From Diplonema japonicum (taxonomy: Eukaryota > Protista > Euglenozoa: Diplonemea), in the NCBI GenBank assembly GCA_964019335.1, contig OZ025668.1:496001-560000 (forward strand): a stretch of 64,000 nt of DNA. Reading direction: 5' to 3'. The position numbers and the translations under genes are program-made. Numbering within the stretch: position 1 is the first letter of the stretch; each line of letters starts with the position of its first letter. Positions 22,854 to 35,994 of this stretch are shown here, piece after piece. The notes beneath the pieces were generated by a model. The model saw nothing but the letters and a program-made list of their open reading frames with translations, was not told where the DNA came from and searched no databases.

Positions 22854-23663
22854 TTAAACCTGCGACTTCATATTGTTAAGCACTCTCTCGGGGAAGAGCC
22901 CCACCCAGGTATTCAGCAGCTGCGTGCAGGCATCACGGTGCTTGGCATCGATACGACTAGGGAGGTAGGGACCCTGTAGTGTTGTAAAGTTAAATATTAT
23001 CTTTTCCATTTCATACCAGTGACCCCAGTCTCGGTTCTACAATTTTTCTGTACCGCGAGTCATCACTGTTACGCTTGATAATCGAGTCTAGGAGGTACCA
23101 GCATGCAAGGGACTGCTGGGCGGTTTTAACGGAACGAGCACGTTGTTCCCAGCCCTCCACGATCTCATCGGCCTTGTCGATCCTGCGGTGTGCGTCATCA
23201 GTCAGGTTGTTGATGATTGGCTTCCTGATCCCAATTAGATCCTGTTCCATCTTGTTCTTGAACCAACTCACCATTGATGGGTCCAACCTTCTCTTCTTTG
23301 ACATTTCGACTGGAGGTTCCTGTTTTTTTTTTTTTTTTTTTTATGGGCGACAGTGGAGCGATACCTCTCGCCTCCTCTTCCTCTCGGTCTCGGCCCTCTT
23401 TCTGTCAAGATCTCTCCTGCGCTGCATTTCCAGCTCGTCCCGTCTCCTTTGCATTGCTTCTTCTTTCTTCTTCTTCTCCGACTCTTCTTTTCTTTTACGT
23501 TCCTCCTCCATAATCCTTCTCTCCTCCTGAAAAAGTTGTTTTAAGTTTTTTTTTTTTCTTTTCTTCTTTTTCTTTTTTTGAGGCATACCGCACGACGGCG
23601 TTCGTCTTGCCGCCTGCGTTCCTCTTCAGCTCGTCGTTTATCTTCTTTCACTCGGGCTTGTTG

Positions 23664-23701
<38 letters not shown>

Positions 23702-25537
23702 TTGTTGTTGTCATCACACCTGCATTTCTTCGACCCTTCGACGCTCCAGCAAACGGTGTTTCCTCTCAGCCTCCAACCGTTCCAACCGTTCCCTGTCCCG
23801 CTCCCTCTCTGCCATCCTGTCCTTCTCCAGCCTTTCCCGCTCGATCTTCTCAATACGTTCCCTGTCCCTCTCCCTCTCTCTGTCTCTATCCATGTTCATT
23901 TCCCGCGACGTGTCGGCGGGCGCCTTCTCGTACTGCAGAGCGTACACCCTGTTGAAGAGGTAAGGTGCTTGGCCCTCAGCAGAGCTAGCGTCGGCAGCCA
24001 ACTTCGTGGCGCCCGCAGTCCTCATTGCGATTTTCAGTGAATCCAAGAAGAGGTTGTGCCTCTTGTTCGGATAGCCTCGCACATACGCGAACTGCCTGTT
24101 GCCCACAGTCACCACAAAGGTGCAGGTGTTGCCATCGTAGTATTCCCTGATAGCGAGGAAGCCCTGTTCCTTACTCCTGTACTTTTGGCACCTGAACAGT
24201 GCCGCGAGGTGCACTTTAGCTGACCTCAGGCTTTGTGCGTCATTATGGTGCGAAGTGTTGAGGAGGTGCTGAAGGGTGCTGCCAGGCGGGAGCGATCTCT
24301 TCGGCACCTTGACCGCCGTCGGTGGTGCAACCTTCCTTGGAATAGGTGCCGCAGCGGGCGCGTTGGTAGTTGAAGCTGTCGAGACGCGAGAAGTAGGGGC
24401 AGCAGCAGCAGCAGCGGGGGTAGGGGTAGGGGTAGGGGCGGGGGAAGGAGATGCAGCAGCTTCGTTCGCAGACGACCAGGTCTTCAAGATGGACTGGATG
24501 CTGTCCCTTGCAATGAGGTGTGTTCTGCAGTCCTCCTTCGTCCATTTTGCTTTCCCCTCCGCGGCTATGGCCTCCACGCCCACGGGCAAGAGGGGCACCT
24601 CGCTCTCTCCGAACAACCCGGAGTCGAGCACAGCTTCCCTCAGCATCGTCACGTCCGCGGCTATCTGGTTGACACTTGCCCATGCAACATTCGAGGCAAC
24701 ACGTCTCTCGGTGTCGGCCACGATCTTGCGGGACCTGCAGTCGTACCACACGTCGTGGCTGATGATGGCGCCGGCCTGCATTGAGACGTAGGGGTGGACG
24801 GTGGTCACGGCAGAGACGACCTCGCTAGAGAGCGCGCTGGCAGGGACAGTGAAGATGGAGAGCGGGTTCTTAAAGGGTGGCTTGTCAAACAGAGGGACGA
24901 TGCAAGTAACACGTGTTTGGTACAAATCAGCAACACGGTTGGTAATCTCACTCGCGAACTTCTCGCCAGTATAGAGTCGCGATATAGAGGGGTTGGGGCA
25001 GATCACAATACGCTTCGTCGGGCAGGACGACGCTGCTATCTTGACAAAGAAGCCGTTGCTGATGGGGATGCCGAGCGTGAGGGCTGCGGAATATCCCTGC
25101 GCCATGATGACAGCTTTGGGGAGGGGAAGGAGGTTCTTGTGCTCTGTTTCATCATGCACAACCGAGGCTGCGGGCACAATGCACTGTAGGTGTCTATCAA
25201 TAACCATGCCCTCACACCTGCCCTCTTCGGCAATCGTCACAGACTCAACAAGGTCGTTGTCGGCAAGAGCAGCTTCCACCTTGAGCATCGTTGCTTGTGT
25301 TTCGAACTGCACTGTGACTTCGTCGCCCTCTGCCTTGGCTTCCTTGCACTCTTCTTTTGCCCCCAGCCATTCGATTAAGGCCGCAACCTCGTTGTCGTCT
25401 TTCATCACAACCTGTGCTTTGAATGCACAGCTGCCCACAACGTATACGTACCTCTTCTTGCAGCCCTCCCATTCCCTCCAAGGGGATATCTGCTTAAATC
25501 GAGCGAATTCCCCTTCTCCTGTAACTTCTTCCGCCAT
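22854..25537 (-). CDS. Large protein with RE/RD-rich charged region and C-terminal CID (Pcf11-like CTD-interacting) domain; introns 23667-23719, 23527-23588, 23320-23364, 22974-23016
   Basis: Four phase-0 GT-AG introns join ORFs 23714..25582, 23341..23586 and 23011..23304. CID motifs KPIINNLT, LACWYLLDSIIK, QLLNTWVGLFP. Confidence 0.8.
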
Positions 25538-25810
25538 TATCGTTGTAGAAGGTCCTTGGTGGTACTGGGTTAAGTGTCTCAAAAGAGAAAAAAAAATCTT
25601 TTTATTTTTTTTTTTTTTGCTTATGCTCCTTTTATTTTTTGTCGTTTTTTTTTTTCTTACCGAGAACGAACATGGGGTAATTTTTTTTAGTTCGCATTGG
25701 CGCCTTGTTTCTTTTTTTTTTTTTTTAAATCCGTAGTTTTCAGCTTCGGATGATAGGGCTGTAGAAGCCTCAATAGTACGCCATGGCAGTTCTTGTAGAT
25801 GCCCTGCTCT

Positions 25811-25872
<62 letters not shown>

Positions 25873-26301
25873 CGAAATTGGTGTAACGTTTGCTTGCCTT
25901 ATTTTTTGAACGCCTCATCTAAAACTTCAAAAGAAGAGAGGGGGGGAAAAGAGAAATAAAACCACAGGACACAAAAAGTCTATGCTGCAGTGCCTGGGAA
26001 GTAAAAATATACGTAAAAAAGAAAAGGGAAAAAAAAAAAAGGAAAATTTCCTCTGTTCTTTTCCTAGAATAAGGGAGAAAGGGGTTATAAAAGAAGAAAA
26101 GAATAAAGAAAAGAGAAATGCTTCTATTGATCTTCTTTTAAGTTCCCCCCTCCATGCGACCTTCGGATGAGAAGGTTTACGTTTTGTTTAATTCACCCCT
26201 CCCCTTCCCTTCTCCCAGCTAATCATGTTTATCGCAACAAACAAGGATTGAGCAAGGTACCTACTACGTTACTTTCTATTCCCCCTCTCTCCATCTCTTT
26301 C

Positions 26302-26349
26302 CTATACGAAATCCATTTTGATCTTCATATCGCAAGTCTTTGCCTGGGT

Positions 26350-26385
<36 letters not shown>

Positions 26386-27967
26386 CTTTTTTCAAGACGC
26401 TTCCCCTCTCCCTACATACCAGTGAATCGCAAACAGCACCCGACCTAATGAGCTCCACAGCCGCCTCCATGTCGGGGTAGGTGAACCTGTCCCCCTCGAG
26501 AGGGGGGATGACGGAGCGGACGATCTCGACGAGCTTTGTGGTGCCCTTGCCCTCTCCGAGGTCCTTGTTGAACTCCCTCCCTTGGGCCGCGCAGAGCATC
26601 TCGATGGACACGACGTGCTCGGTGTTCTCGAGGATCTCGCGGGCCTTCCTCGCGGCGTGGGTCCCCATCGACACGTGGTCCTCTTGGTTGGCGCTGGTCG
26701 GGATGGTGTCCACGGACGAGGGGTGCGCGAGCACCTTGTTCTCGCTGCAGAGCGCGGCGGAGGTCACCTGCGCGATCATGTAGCCGCTGTCCAGCCCCGG
26801 GTTGGGGGCGAGGAACCCGGGCATCCTGCTCAGGTCAGGGTTCACGAGTTGCTCCGTGCGCCTCTCGGAGATGTTGGCGAGGGTGCACAGGGAGGTTGAC
26901 AGGTAGTCCATCGTCATCGAGATCGGCATCCCGTGGAAGTGTCCCGCCGAGATGATCTCCTTCGTGTCCGGGAAGATGATCGGGTTGTCCGTCACGCTGT
27001 TGATCTCCCTTTCCAGCACCGTCGTCACGTGGTCCACCGCCGTCTTCACCGCCCCGTGCACGATCGGGATGCAGCGCAGGGAGTACGGGTCCTGCACCCT
27101 GTCGCAGTCGGCGTGGCTCGACAGCACCTCCGACTCCGCTAGGATCTGCCGCATGTTCCACGAGGTGGCCCGGTGGCCCGGGTCCCCCTTCAGGGCCGCG
27201 AGGCGGTCGTCGAACGGCGTCGCCGTCCCCATCAGCGCCTCCAGAGAGAGCGCCGCCACAGCGTCCGCGCTCACCAACAAGCGCTGCGCCCGCAGCACCG
27301 TCAGCACAGCCGTCGCCTTCATAATCTCCGTCCCGTTGATCATCGCGAGGCCCTCCTTCGCGTCCAAGGCCACGGGCTCCTCGCCGATCGCCGCGAGCGC
27401 CTCCGTCGCCGTCATCAGCACCGGCTCCTTCCCCTCCGCCACCAAATAGGCCTGCCCGTGACCCATGTAGGCGGCCGCCATGTGCGACAGGGGCGCCAGG
27501 TCCCCGCTCGCCCCCACCGAGCCCTTCCTCGGGACGAACGGGACGAACCCCTTGTTGAAGAGCCTCACCATGAACTCCACCAACGAGAGCCTGATCCCGG
27601 AGTGGCCCTGCGTCAAGCCGTTCAAACGGAGGATCTGCGCGATCCTCACCTCCTCCAGTGGCATAGGCTCCCCCACCCCGCAGCAGTGCGACAGCACCAG
27701 GTTCTCCTGCAGCTTCGGAAGGTTCTCCCGCGAGATCACCACGTTCTTCAGCTTCCCGAACCCCGTCGTCAGACCGTACACCACGTTCCCGCTCTCCACG
27801 TGGTGGTCCACCAGGCGGCGCGCCTTCTCCACCTTCTCCCGCGACTCCTCCGTCAGGGAAAGCGTCACGTCCAGCGACCCCGTCGACACCCCGTTCAGCT
27901 CCGACAGGGTGAGGGACCTGTCCCCCCCGAGGACGATGCGCTGCAGCAGGGTGCGGCTGATCTTCAT
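26302..27967 (-). CDS. HAL: Histidine ammonia-lyase (bacterial HutH-like); intron 26344-26419
   Basis: VYGLTTGFG, NLVLSH (His-specific SH), GSVGASGDLAPL (MIO-forming ASG), KEGLAMING, QDPYSLRC, NQEDHVSMG. A terminal intron gives ..CDSL|AKTCDMKIKMDFV*. Confidence 0.95.
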
Positions 27968-28817
27968 TTTTTACTTCTTCTAAAAGAAAGAACAACCTGG
28001 ATGGGGGGAATATAAAGAAAGGGAAACAAGCAAAAAATGTATACAATAAATATACAATCACCTGAAACTAGCTAAGTGCAGGGATGGCTTTCTGTCGGCG
28101 TGGAACTGAGCAGAGAACAGGCCGTCCAGTCTGTGGTGGGCCTTTGCGAGAGGGGGTCCTTTCAAGATGTTCCCTTTGCACTTCACCTGCCCAGCAGACA
28201 TAGGGGTTGAAACCGTGATGGGGGCAGCTGGTCCCCGTTTTTTCGCCGACGGGGGCCTTCCTTTGCACACTTTCTTATTTGCGTTCCCCCGCCCACAAGG
28301 GCGCACTGGAAAAAAAATAGTGTCTTCACGATCAACACCTGCAGAGTGGGGTTTGCCTCGACCTAGTTGCACCACCATCTTTGCCCACTGCAATTCAGCA
28401 CTCCTCTTCGGGCTGTAAAGCCCTTGACGCCATTTTGACATATAACCGTGTAAACTTTTTTTTATTTTTCTTATTTTTTTTTGTTCGTTGTGATATAGAG
28501 GCAAACAAATAAAACTCCCCAAAAAAAAAAAAAAAAAGGAAAGGAAAAAAAAAAAAAAAAAAAGACGACACATAGGAAAGAGACGGAGAAGAGAAAAAAT
28601 AAAAAAAATAAAAAATAAAAAATAAAAAAAAAAATGAGGAGTTTTTTTTCCCCCTTTTCTTTTCAAAAAATTCTTTCGTTTTTCTTTTTTTCTTTTTTTT
28701 CTTCTTCTTCTTTTTTTTTTTTCCATTTTTAACCCAAGGGTGCTGGGTAAGGTAGCATATAAAAAAAAATAATAATAAAAACACAAACAAAAGACAAAGA
28801 AAAGAAACTTGGAAGGA

Positions 28818-28895
<78 letters not shown>

Positions 28896-29366
28896 ATGTG
28901 AGCACAAAGGAAGAAAAAAAATATGGAACGCAAAAAAAAGGGGGGGGGAGGGAGAGAAGGAGGGAGTGAAAGCAACATTGCTTTCCACATTTTTTCTTTT
29001 TTTTTATTATCTCCCGCTAAGTTCTCTCTCTTTTTTTTTTTTTTTTATATTTTATTATTTTTTTTCTTCAAAACCAATCACTCTCTCGTAAATAATACAA
29101 ACAAAAGTATTCAATAAACAACTGGGGGGTACAACCTGAGGGGCTACAGCGACACATCTTGGCAACAACCCCCACAATACGAGACACGGGCGGGTGGAAA
29201 AAAATAAAAAAATAAGAAAAAAAAAAGGTTCAGAAAACAGAGAAAAGCCTTTGACATGTTGTTTTTTTTTGGGGGGGGGAAAGAAAGGGAAGAACAAGGC
29301 AATTCGTAGCATTCTCTCCTTTTTTTTTTTTTTTTTTTTTAAATGTTTTTTCCCTTCCCCCTTTTG

Positions 29367-29399
<33 letters not shown>

Positions 29400-30294
29400 T
29401 ATTACTGCTAGTTGCACTAACACAACAAGTACAGACCACTGCTCATGTGTTTATGTCACGGGGGAAGAAAAAAGAAAAAAGAAAATACTGCGATGGACGG
29501 GGAAGGGGAAAAAGAAAAAAAAAAAAGAAAAAAAGAAAAAAAAAAATACACTAGTAAAAACACCTTTATTTTTGCGATTCTCCCCTATAACATTGCTGTT
29601 TCTTTCTTCTACTTCTCCTGGGAAAAGAAAAAAAAAAAGGGGGGGGAGGAATTACACTAACCCACAAGAAGACCAAGGTTTAGGGAACAAGGTAGCGAAA
29701 GTCGCACTTTAAAAAAAAGAAAATTGTCGAGCCTCTGGTACAGGGACGAAGCGAACAAATGAAGACGACGAAGAAAAAGAAGAAAAAAAAAAGAAAAAAA
29801 AAAGCAGGAATAGCCTTCGCTACTTTTTTTTTTTTTTTGGTCCCCTGTTCTGTTTCTTTCCCCTTCCCTCTTCAGTTGCACAGCTCTTTTTCTTTCTCGT
29901 TAATTCCCTTGTCCCTGCGCCTCTGCGTCATACACGTATTTTTTTTTTTGTTTTTGTTTCCTCCTTCTTCTTACATGAGAACAAAAAAAAAAAAAAAAAA
30001 AGAAAAGAAAACCTAACATTCATTCCACATAGGTGTGTAAAACCACATCAACTGCACAAGGTAATTACATTCATGTGACACGGTACTTTAAAAAAGAATT
30101 AATAAGTGGCCCTACCTTTTTTTTCTTCTTGACCTTGACTCAGATTCTTCAGTAAGACCCCAACGGGTTTTTTCTTTTCTTTTTTTTTTTTTTAAATTTA
30201 GAAATACGGTCTGCGAGATGGCTCCTTTCTTACTTCCCCTCTCCTCTTTCGTTCCTTTCAACGGAAAGACAAGGCATGGGAATGTGAGGAGGGG

Positions 30295-30335
<41 letters not shown>

Positions 30336-31805
30336 GAAAAAGAAAAAATAGGGGGAAAAAATAAAAAAAAATGGTATAAATTTTTTTTGTTGAATTATTG
30401 TGTAAAATTTTGAAAAAGCTTGTTTTTTTTTTTTTCATTTTTTTTCCCCCTTTGAAGCTACGTCTCGCCCCCCCCCCCCCCCCCCCCCTTTTTTTCCCCT
30501 CTTCCTTTTTTTTTCTTGCGAAAATAGCAACAATAAAAAAGGGGGAGTGGTGCATTGGGTTAGAAAGTTTTTTTTTTTCAGCGTGTTAATGTGGTGTGCG
30601 TACGACCGCGAAACAGAAATATAGGAAAAGAAAGGGGGGAAAAAAAAAGGAAAAAAAAAAAAAAAAAAACATAAAGCAGATCACACTAAAACACGCACGT
30701 CTTTGGGACGGACAGAGGGTGGGGGTGGAAGGAAGAAAAAGAAAATTTAGAAATGGTTGCTATCATATCACCGAGCCTTCGCTTTTTGGAATAAATATTT
30801 TCCATAGAATTGAGAAAGATCGGTACTTTTCTTTTTCTTTTCTTTTTTTTTTTTTGGTGCCACACAGGAGTAAAAGTAAAATACAAAAAAAAGGGAGGGG
30901 GTAATTAGAAGTTGACAAAGGAAGATACCGTCAAGTAAGGGTGTCATTTCATGCCCCCATCCCTTCTTCCCCCAATCATAAAAAAAAACCACTGGAAAAA
31001 AAAAGGTGGGGGGTAAAATACATACACGCGAGAAAAAACAAAAAAATGATGGAAAGTAAAGAGAACACCAGTACTTTTTTTTTGAGGGGGGGTTTTTTTT
31101 TATAAAAAGAAAAAAGGCTACAAGGAGTAGTTTCACAACACACAAGTTACCTCTTTTTATTCCTCTTCCTTTTCTTTTTTTTTTTCTTTTTTCTTCTTCT
31201 TTTTTTTTAACCCTCATAACATTTCTACTGGCATCCCCTTTGCAGTATTCCATTACACAAACGAAAAATGAGTATAAAAAAAAATAAAAATAAAAATAAA
31301 AAAGAGTAAATCATAGCATGCACGTAATATTGGTACCGATCTGGTATTTTAATCCATTCTGAAATTTCGTATTCCAAGGGGATTCCTTGGGGAGTGCTAA
31401 CACTAATATTGTGTTTTACTTTAACAGGAAAAATAACGGATTTGGGGATTATTTTATGTTTTTTTTTTTTCCTTCTTTTTTTTTTTTTTTTTTTTTCAAG
31501 CACAATGAAAGCATGGTGGATGTTCTTGATAGATATGACGTGCATGGTATGGTTAAAAAAAGAAAAAAAAAAAGAGAAAATAAAAATAAAAAACGAAAGG
31601 ACTTTTCATTTCCTCCTTTCTCTTCTTTTGCAGTTTTTTTTTTTTTTTTTTTGGCCGTCTTATAAAAAAAAAGAAAGAAAAAAATAAATAGAAACTAAAA
31701 GTATTTTTTTTTCCAATTGGTTTTCATTATTCCCCCCCCCCCCCTCACAAGTTCTCCTTCTTATTCTTCACGTATTCTTTCTCCTTCGCAAAAGAAAAAA
31801 AAACC

Positions 31806-33610
31806 TCAGTTGGATTGAGTTTCTTCGTTGAACTGCTGGGGGAGGTGTGACACCTTGAAGGGGACAGATGGGGAGGGCGCTCCGACAGGGGGGCTTTTTT
31901 TTTTTTTTTTCTTTTTTTTTTCTCCCAAGAAATATATACCTCGCACTCGGAGTTGGTGCCTGCCTGATGCCACCCATCTGCTGGGCTTTGTCGTTGTTCT
32001 TAAGCTGGACCTGAAAAAGGGAAGTTCTTCCCTTTTTTCCTTCATACCTTCAATCTCTCGGTGTGCCCAGCGATCTGGTATCCACTCATAGCCTTGATGG
32101 CCTGCTGCGCCGAGGCAGGGTCGGCATAGCTGACAAAACCAAAGCCCTTCGACTGCCCAGTGTAGCGGTCACGGAAGACCGTGGCGCTGATAATCTGGCC
32201 GAACGGGATGAAAGACTGCGATTATTATTATTATTATTATTATTTTTTTCTTTTTCTTTTTTTTTTTTTTTTGTTCCGCACCTCTTGCAGCATCTCATCA
32301 CCCCAGTGCAGAGGGAGGTGCAAAATGAAGCAGTTTGCCCCCGGAGGACCAGATGCCTTTCGCTCTGCGATTGGCAGCTGCTGCTGTCCCATCGACTGGC
32401 TGGGAGCGGCCTGCCTTGGCCCGTTCCTCATCATGTTCCCCCCGCCGCCGCCACCACCACCACCACCACCTCCTTGCTGCGACCCTTGCACGTTCTGCAT
32501 GCCGGGAAGAGGTGTCCCAGCTTGTTGACCCAGCATGGCCAGCTGGCCTAGCGACTGCTTCAGCTTCATCCTCTTCTTCTTCTCTTTCTCACTATCCGCG
32601 AATTTTACAGTCAGCGCAGAGGTACCTAAGATGGCTTGGTTTGTTCACTTGTCCTTCATACCGCCCTCCATTTTGAAGTTCCCGTGCAGGTTGGACACTG
32701 CCGCCTGCGCCGCGTCCATGTTGCTGTACTTCACGAAGGCGCACCCTCTGCTGAGCCCGTTCTGGCCCTTCAGAAGCGCCACCTCCACAATCTCACCGTA
32801 GTGCTCGAAGACCTTTTTTTTTTTTTTTTTTTTTCCCCTGAATTCATTCAGTTTTGTAACACACCTGAGCAATCTCCGCCTCGGTCGCCTTGTAGGGCAC
32901 CATGCCCACGAACAGCTTGGGCTCTTGGTCCTCGAGCTCACCGTCAGCGTAGCTCACCTGAATGTGTTAGTCAACAGCAAACCATCTGATACCTGCATGG
33001 GTGTCGACATGGGGGGCAGCACCTTCTTCCCATGGAGCTCCGTGATGGCCATCTCAGCCTGGTCCCTGTCGCCGTACACAATGAAGGCGCAGCCCTTGCC
33101 AAGCCCTGTCTGCTTGTCTTTGAGCATCACGATCTCCTCCACAATGCCGTAAGTCGCCATCAGCTCTTGGAGCTGTTCCTGGGTGGTGCTCCTGGGGATC
33201 TGGCCAACGAAGAGTTTCCTCCCGCCCCTGGAAGGGTGCGAGTGGCCTCCGAATTTGTTCAGGTACGTCAGCTGTTTCAGGAGGTGTTGCTGCTGCCCGT
33301 AGAGCGGGCTGTTTGTGTTGGAGAGCATCTTGTTCTGCAGCTGGGGTGGCGAGTTGGCGAACTTGATCTGCAAGGGGTTGGTCTGGGGTGGGATGATGTG
33401 CTGGTTGTGGAGGAGATTGATCGCGGTCTCGGCGGCGGCCCTGTCAGCATAGGTCACCCAGGCACTGCCCTTACTCCTGTTCGTTGTCTTGTCCCTCATA
33501 ATGCTCACCTCAAGGACTGTGCCGAAGCCCTGGAAGAGTGGCTGGAGCATCTCCTCTGTGCACACACCGGGGACCTGCCCCACGAAGAGTTTAACAGGCC
33601 CGTTGCTGGG
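31806..33610 (-). CDS. CELF/Bruno-like RNA-binding protein with at least 4 RRMs, 5' end lost in gap; introns 32958-32992, 32813-32864, 32626-32661, 32216-32281, 32011-32047, 31894-31939
   Basis: [24 protein letters not shown] and [22 protein letters not shown] RRMs; six GT-AG introns with consistent phases. Confidence 0.88.
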
Positions 33611-33810
33611 NNNNNNNNNNNNNNNNNNNNNNNNNNNNNNNNNNNNNNNNNNNNNNNNNNNNNNNNNNNNNNNNNNNNNNNNNNNNNNNNNNNNNNNNNN
33701 NNNNNNNNNNNNNNNNNNNNNNNNNNNNNNNNNNNNNNNNNNNNNNNNNNNNNNNNNNNNNNNNNNNNNNNNNNNNNNNNNNNNNNNNNNNNNNNNNNNN
33801 NNNNNNNNNN
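33611..33810. other. Assembly gap (200 N)
   Basis: Run of N between the HAL copy 2 fragment and the CELF gene. Confidence 1.
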
Positions 33811-34038
33811 CACGTTCTTCAGCTTCCCGAACCCCGTCGTCAGACCGTACACCACGTTCCCGCTCTCCACGTGGTGGTCCACCAGGCGGCGCGCCTTCTC
33901 CACCTTCTCCCGCGACTCCTCCGTCAGGGAAAGCGTCACGTCCAGCGACCCCGTCGACACCCCGTTCAGCTCCGACAGGGTGAGGGACCTGTCCCCCCCG
34001 AGGACGATGCGCTGCAGCAGGGTGCGGCTGATCTTCAT
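33811..34038 (-). CDS. HAL: Second histidine ammonia-lyase copy, 5' part only (runs into gap)
   Basis: Apparently identical to 27740-27967; the 5' flank is shared for about 60 nt (with a small indel) and then diverges. Confidence 0.8.
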
Positions 34039-34453
34039 TTTTTTCTCTTTTTTTATACTTCTTCTAAAAGAAAGAACAACCTGGATGGGGGGAATATAAA
34101 GAAAGGGAAACAAGAGAGAAACAATAAAACTCCCATAAGAGAGAAGAAAGAAAGAAAAGGAGAAAAAGAATAGGCAAGAATACTCTTTTATTTGTGCGCA
34201 ACGAGGGCAACGAGAAAGGTGGAGAGGGAGAAAAAAGAGGAGAGGGAGAAAAAAAAAAAAATCCGATGTGTATTTTTTTGTTGTTTCTGTTTTTTGCTTC
34301 TTCATTTCAAGAAGAGAGAGAGGAAAATCAGGAGGGTACCTTTTCCTTAAAAAGAAAAAAGAAAAAAGAAAAAAGAAAGCAAGAAATAGTCCCTTCAATT
34401 TAAACCGATTATCCTGGTCAAGTCTCTCTCCTTTGAAGACGGAGGCGCGCAGC

Positions 34454-34870
34454 TCACTCTATCACGCCAATATGCGCACGTAGTGACTCAGGGTTGATGC
34501 AGGACTTACTTGTGTTTGGGTGCACTAAGCACAGGTTGACGGACTGTGTACCGTCAGGCAGAATGTGGGGTTCTTGCACCAAAAGTGTTTGGCCTTCAGC
34601 AAGATTTTCCGGCAGTGCCAAGGTGCCAGGAACCAGCGCGTCTTCAACTATTTCAGCAGGAGTCTTCACATGGCGCACCTCCAGGGCTGCTTCTACAAGG
34701 TGTGCCCTTTCTATGCACCCCACACAGGAACCTCTTCTTTCCTTAATGAATTTCTTCAGGTCTGCCACACCTTTGCTTTTTATAATATCCTTTTTCACCT
34801 TTGCCCCTTCGCACCCCCCGACGCTCAGGTATATCACAAGTATAAGCAGAAAACTGGTGATGATTTGCAT
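34454..34870 (-). CDS. Small secreted protein with ARMET/MANF C-terminal-like (SAP-like, CxGC) domain
   Basis: Signal peptide; VADLKKFIKERRGSCVGCIERAHLV. Confidence 0.65.
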   Translation of the reverse strand: MQIITSFLLILVIYLSVGGCEGAKVKKDIIKSKGVADLKKFIKERRGSCVGCIERAHLVEAALEVRHVKTPAEIVEDALVPGTLALPENLAEGQTLLVQEPHILPDGTQSVNLCLVHPNTSKSCINPESLRAHIGVIE

Positions 34871-35994
34871 TTTTTTTTTTTTTTTGTAAAGTTGTGTCGG
34901 GGGAAATATGTATTTCCTATGTTATTATTATTATTTTTTGTTGGATATTGGCTTTTGGAACCCCCCTCTCCCTCTCGATTTTCTCAAAAAAAAAAAAAAA
35001 AACGTAGCGGTTCCTTGATGCAAAAAGAAAAAGAAGAAGAAAAAAAAAAAAAAAAAAAAAAAAAGAGACATTTAAGGGTACCTGCGGTATGTGGCAGGAC
35101 GCCTGAAAAAAAACAAGCTGAACTAATAACCCTGACATCCAATAGGGAGGGGGGGGGCAGAGGCGGGGTGTGGTGCCAGTACTATGCCTGGTCGAAGAAG
35201 GGGGTCGCTTCTTTCAATATTTTAAGAAGGGGACCAAGGAAGCCACTCAGAGGGGAGACATGGGTGTGGGTGTCGCAATGTGACATGGAATTGAGGAAAA
35301 AAGAAAAAAAGAAGTACCAACACCAATTTAAAACCGCTTGGGTGTGATGTCCGTTCAAAACTTGGAACAACAAAAATGAAATAACAAATGAGAACACAGT
35401 TATGCTAAGTGAAAAGCAGCAATGAATTACCGAGCAACTTAAATTATTTTTGTTGGTAATAACTAGTTTATTACCCCCCCTCCACTTCACGACAAAACAG
35501 CGCTTTAAAAGAATAAGAGTTTACCTCGCAGAAAAAAAAAAGAAAGGGGGTAAAAAAAATAAGAAAAGATAACAAGGTCTTAAGCAAGAATAAACATAAA
35601 GTGATAGCATCAGGGTCACGAGAATTAAGAAGAGGAAAAGTAGGGGAGAAGAAAAAAAAAGAAGCTGGAAACATTTCCCCCCCCCCTTTTTTTTTCTCCC
35701 CTCTCCCCCATTATTCTTTCCTAAAGCGGTAATCGTGCCTGGACTAGTGCCAAGTAATCATTTGTGGAACAAGAGAAGGAAAAAAAAAAGAATTTTCCGC
35801 TTCAACGTGAAGTGTTCATTGGTCAAGTCCAGTGGGGATGGGATTGTCTCGATCGAACACCTGTAGAGTTAATAGCGAAAAATATGAATGTAGTCTTTAT
35901 TTCCCCTTTTTTTTTTAAGGAGAGGGGGAGGGGAGGAAGGGAGTTTTTTTTTTTTTTTTTTTTATTTCACTCTTTGTCATTTTCTTCACTCACT

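Noticed and set aside
26835-28061. Long overlapping ORFs in alternative frames and strands over HAL (also over DDX27 and the PFR-like gene)
   Set aside because: Shadow ORFs caused by high GC3 codon bias
28058-28441. About 127 aa minus-strand ORF upstream of HAL
   Set aside because: No recognisable domain; splicing at the nearest GT/AG does not join it in frame to HAL; left uncalled
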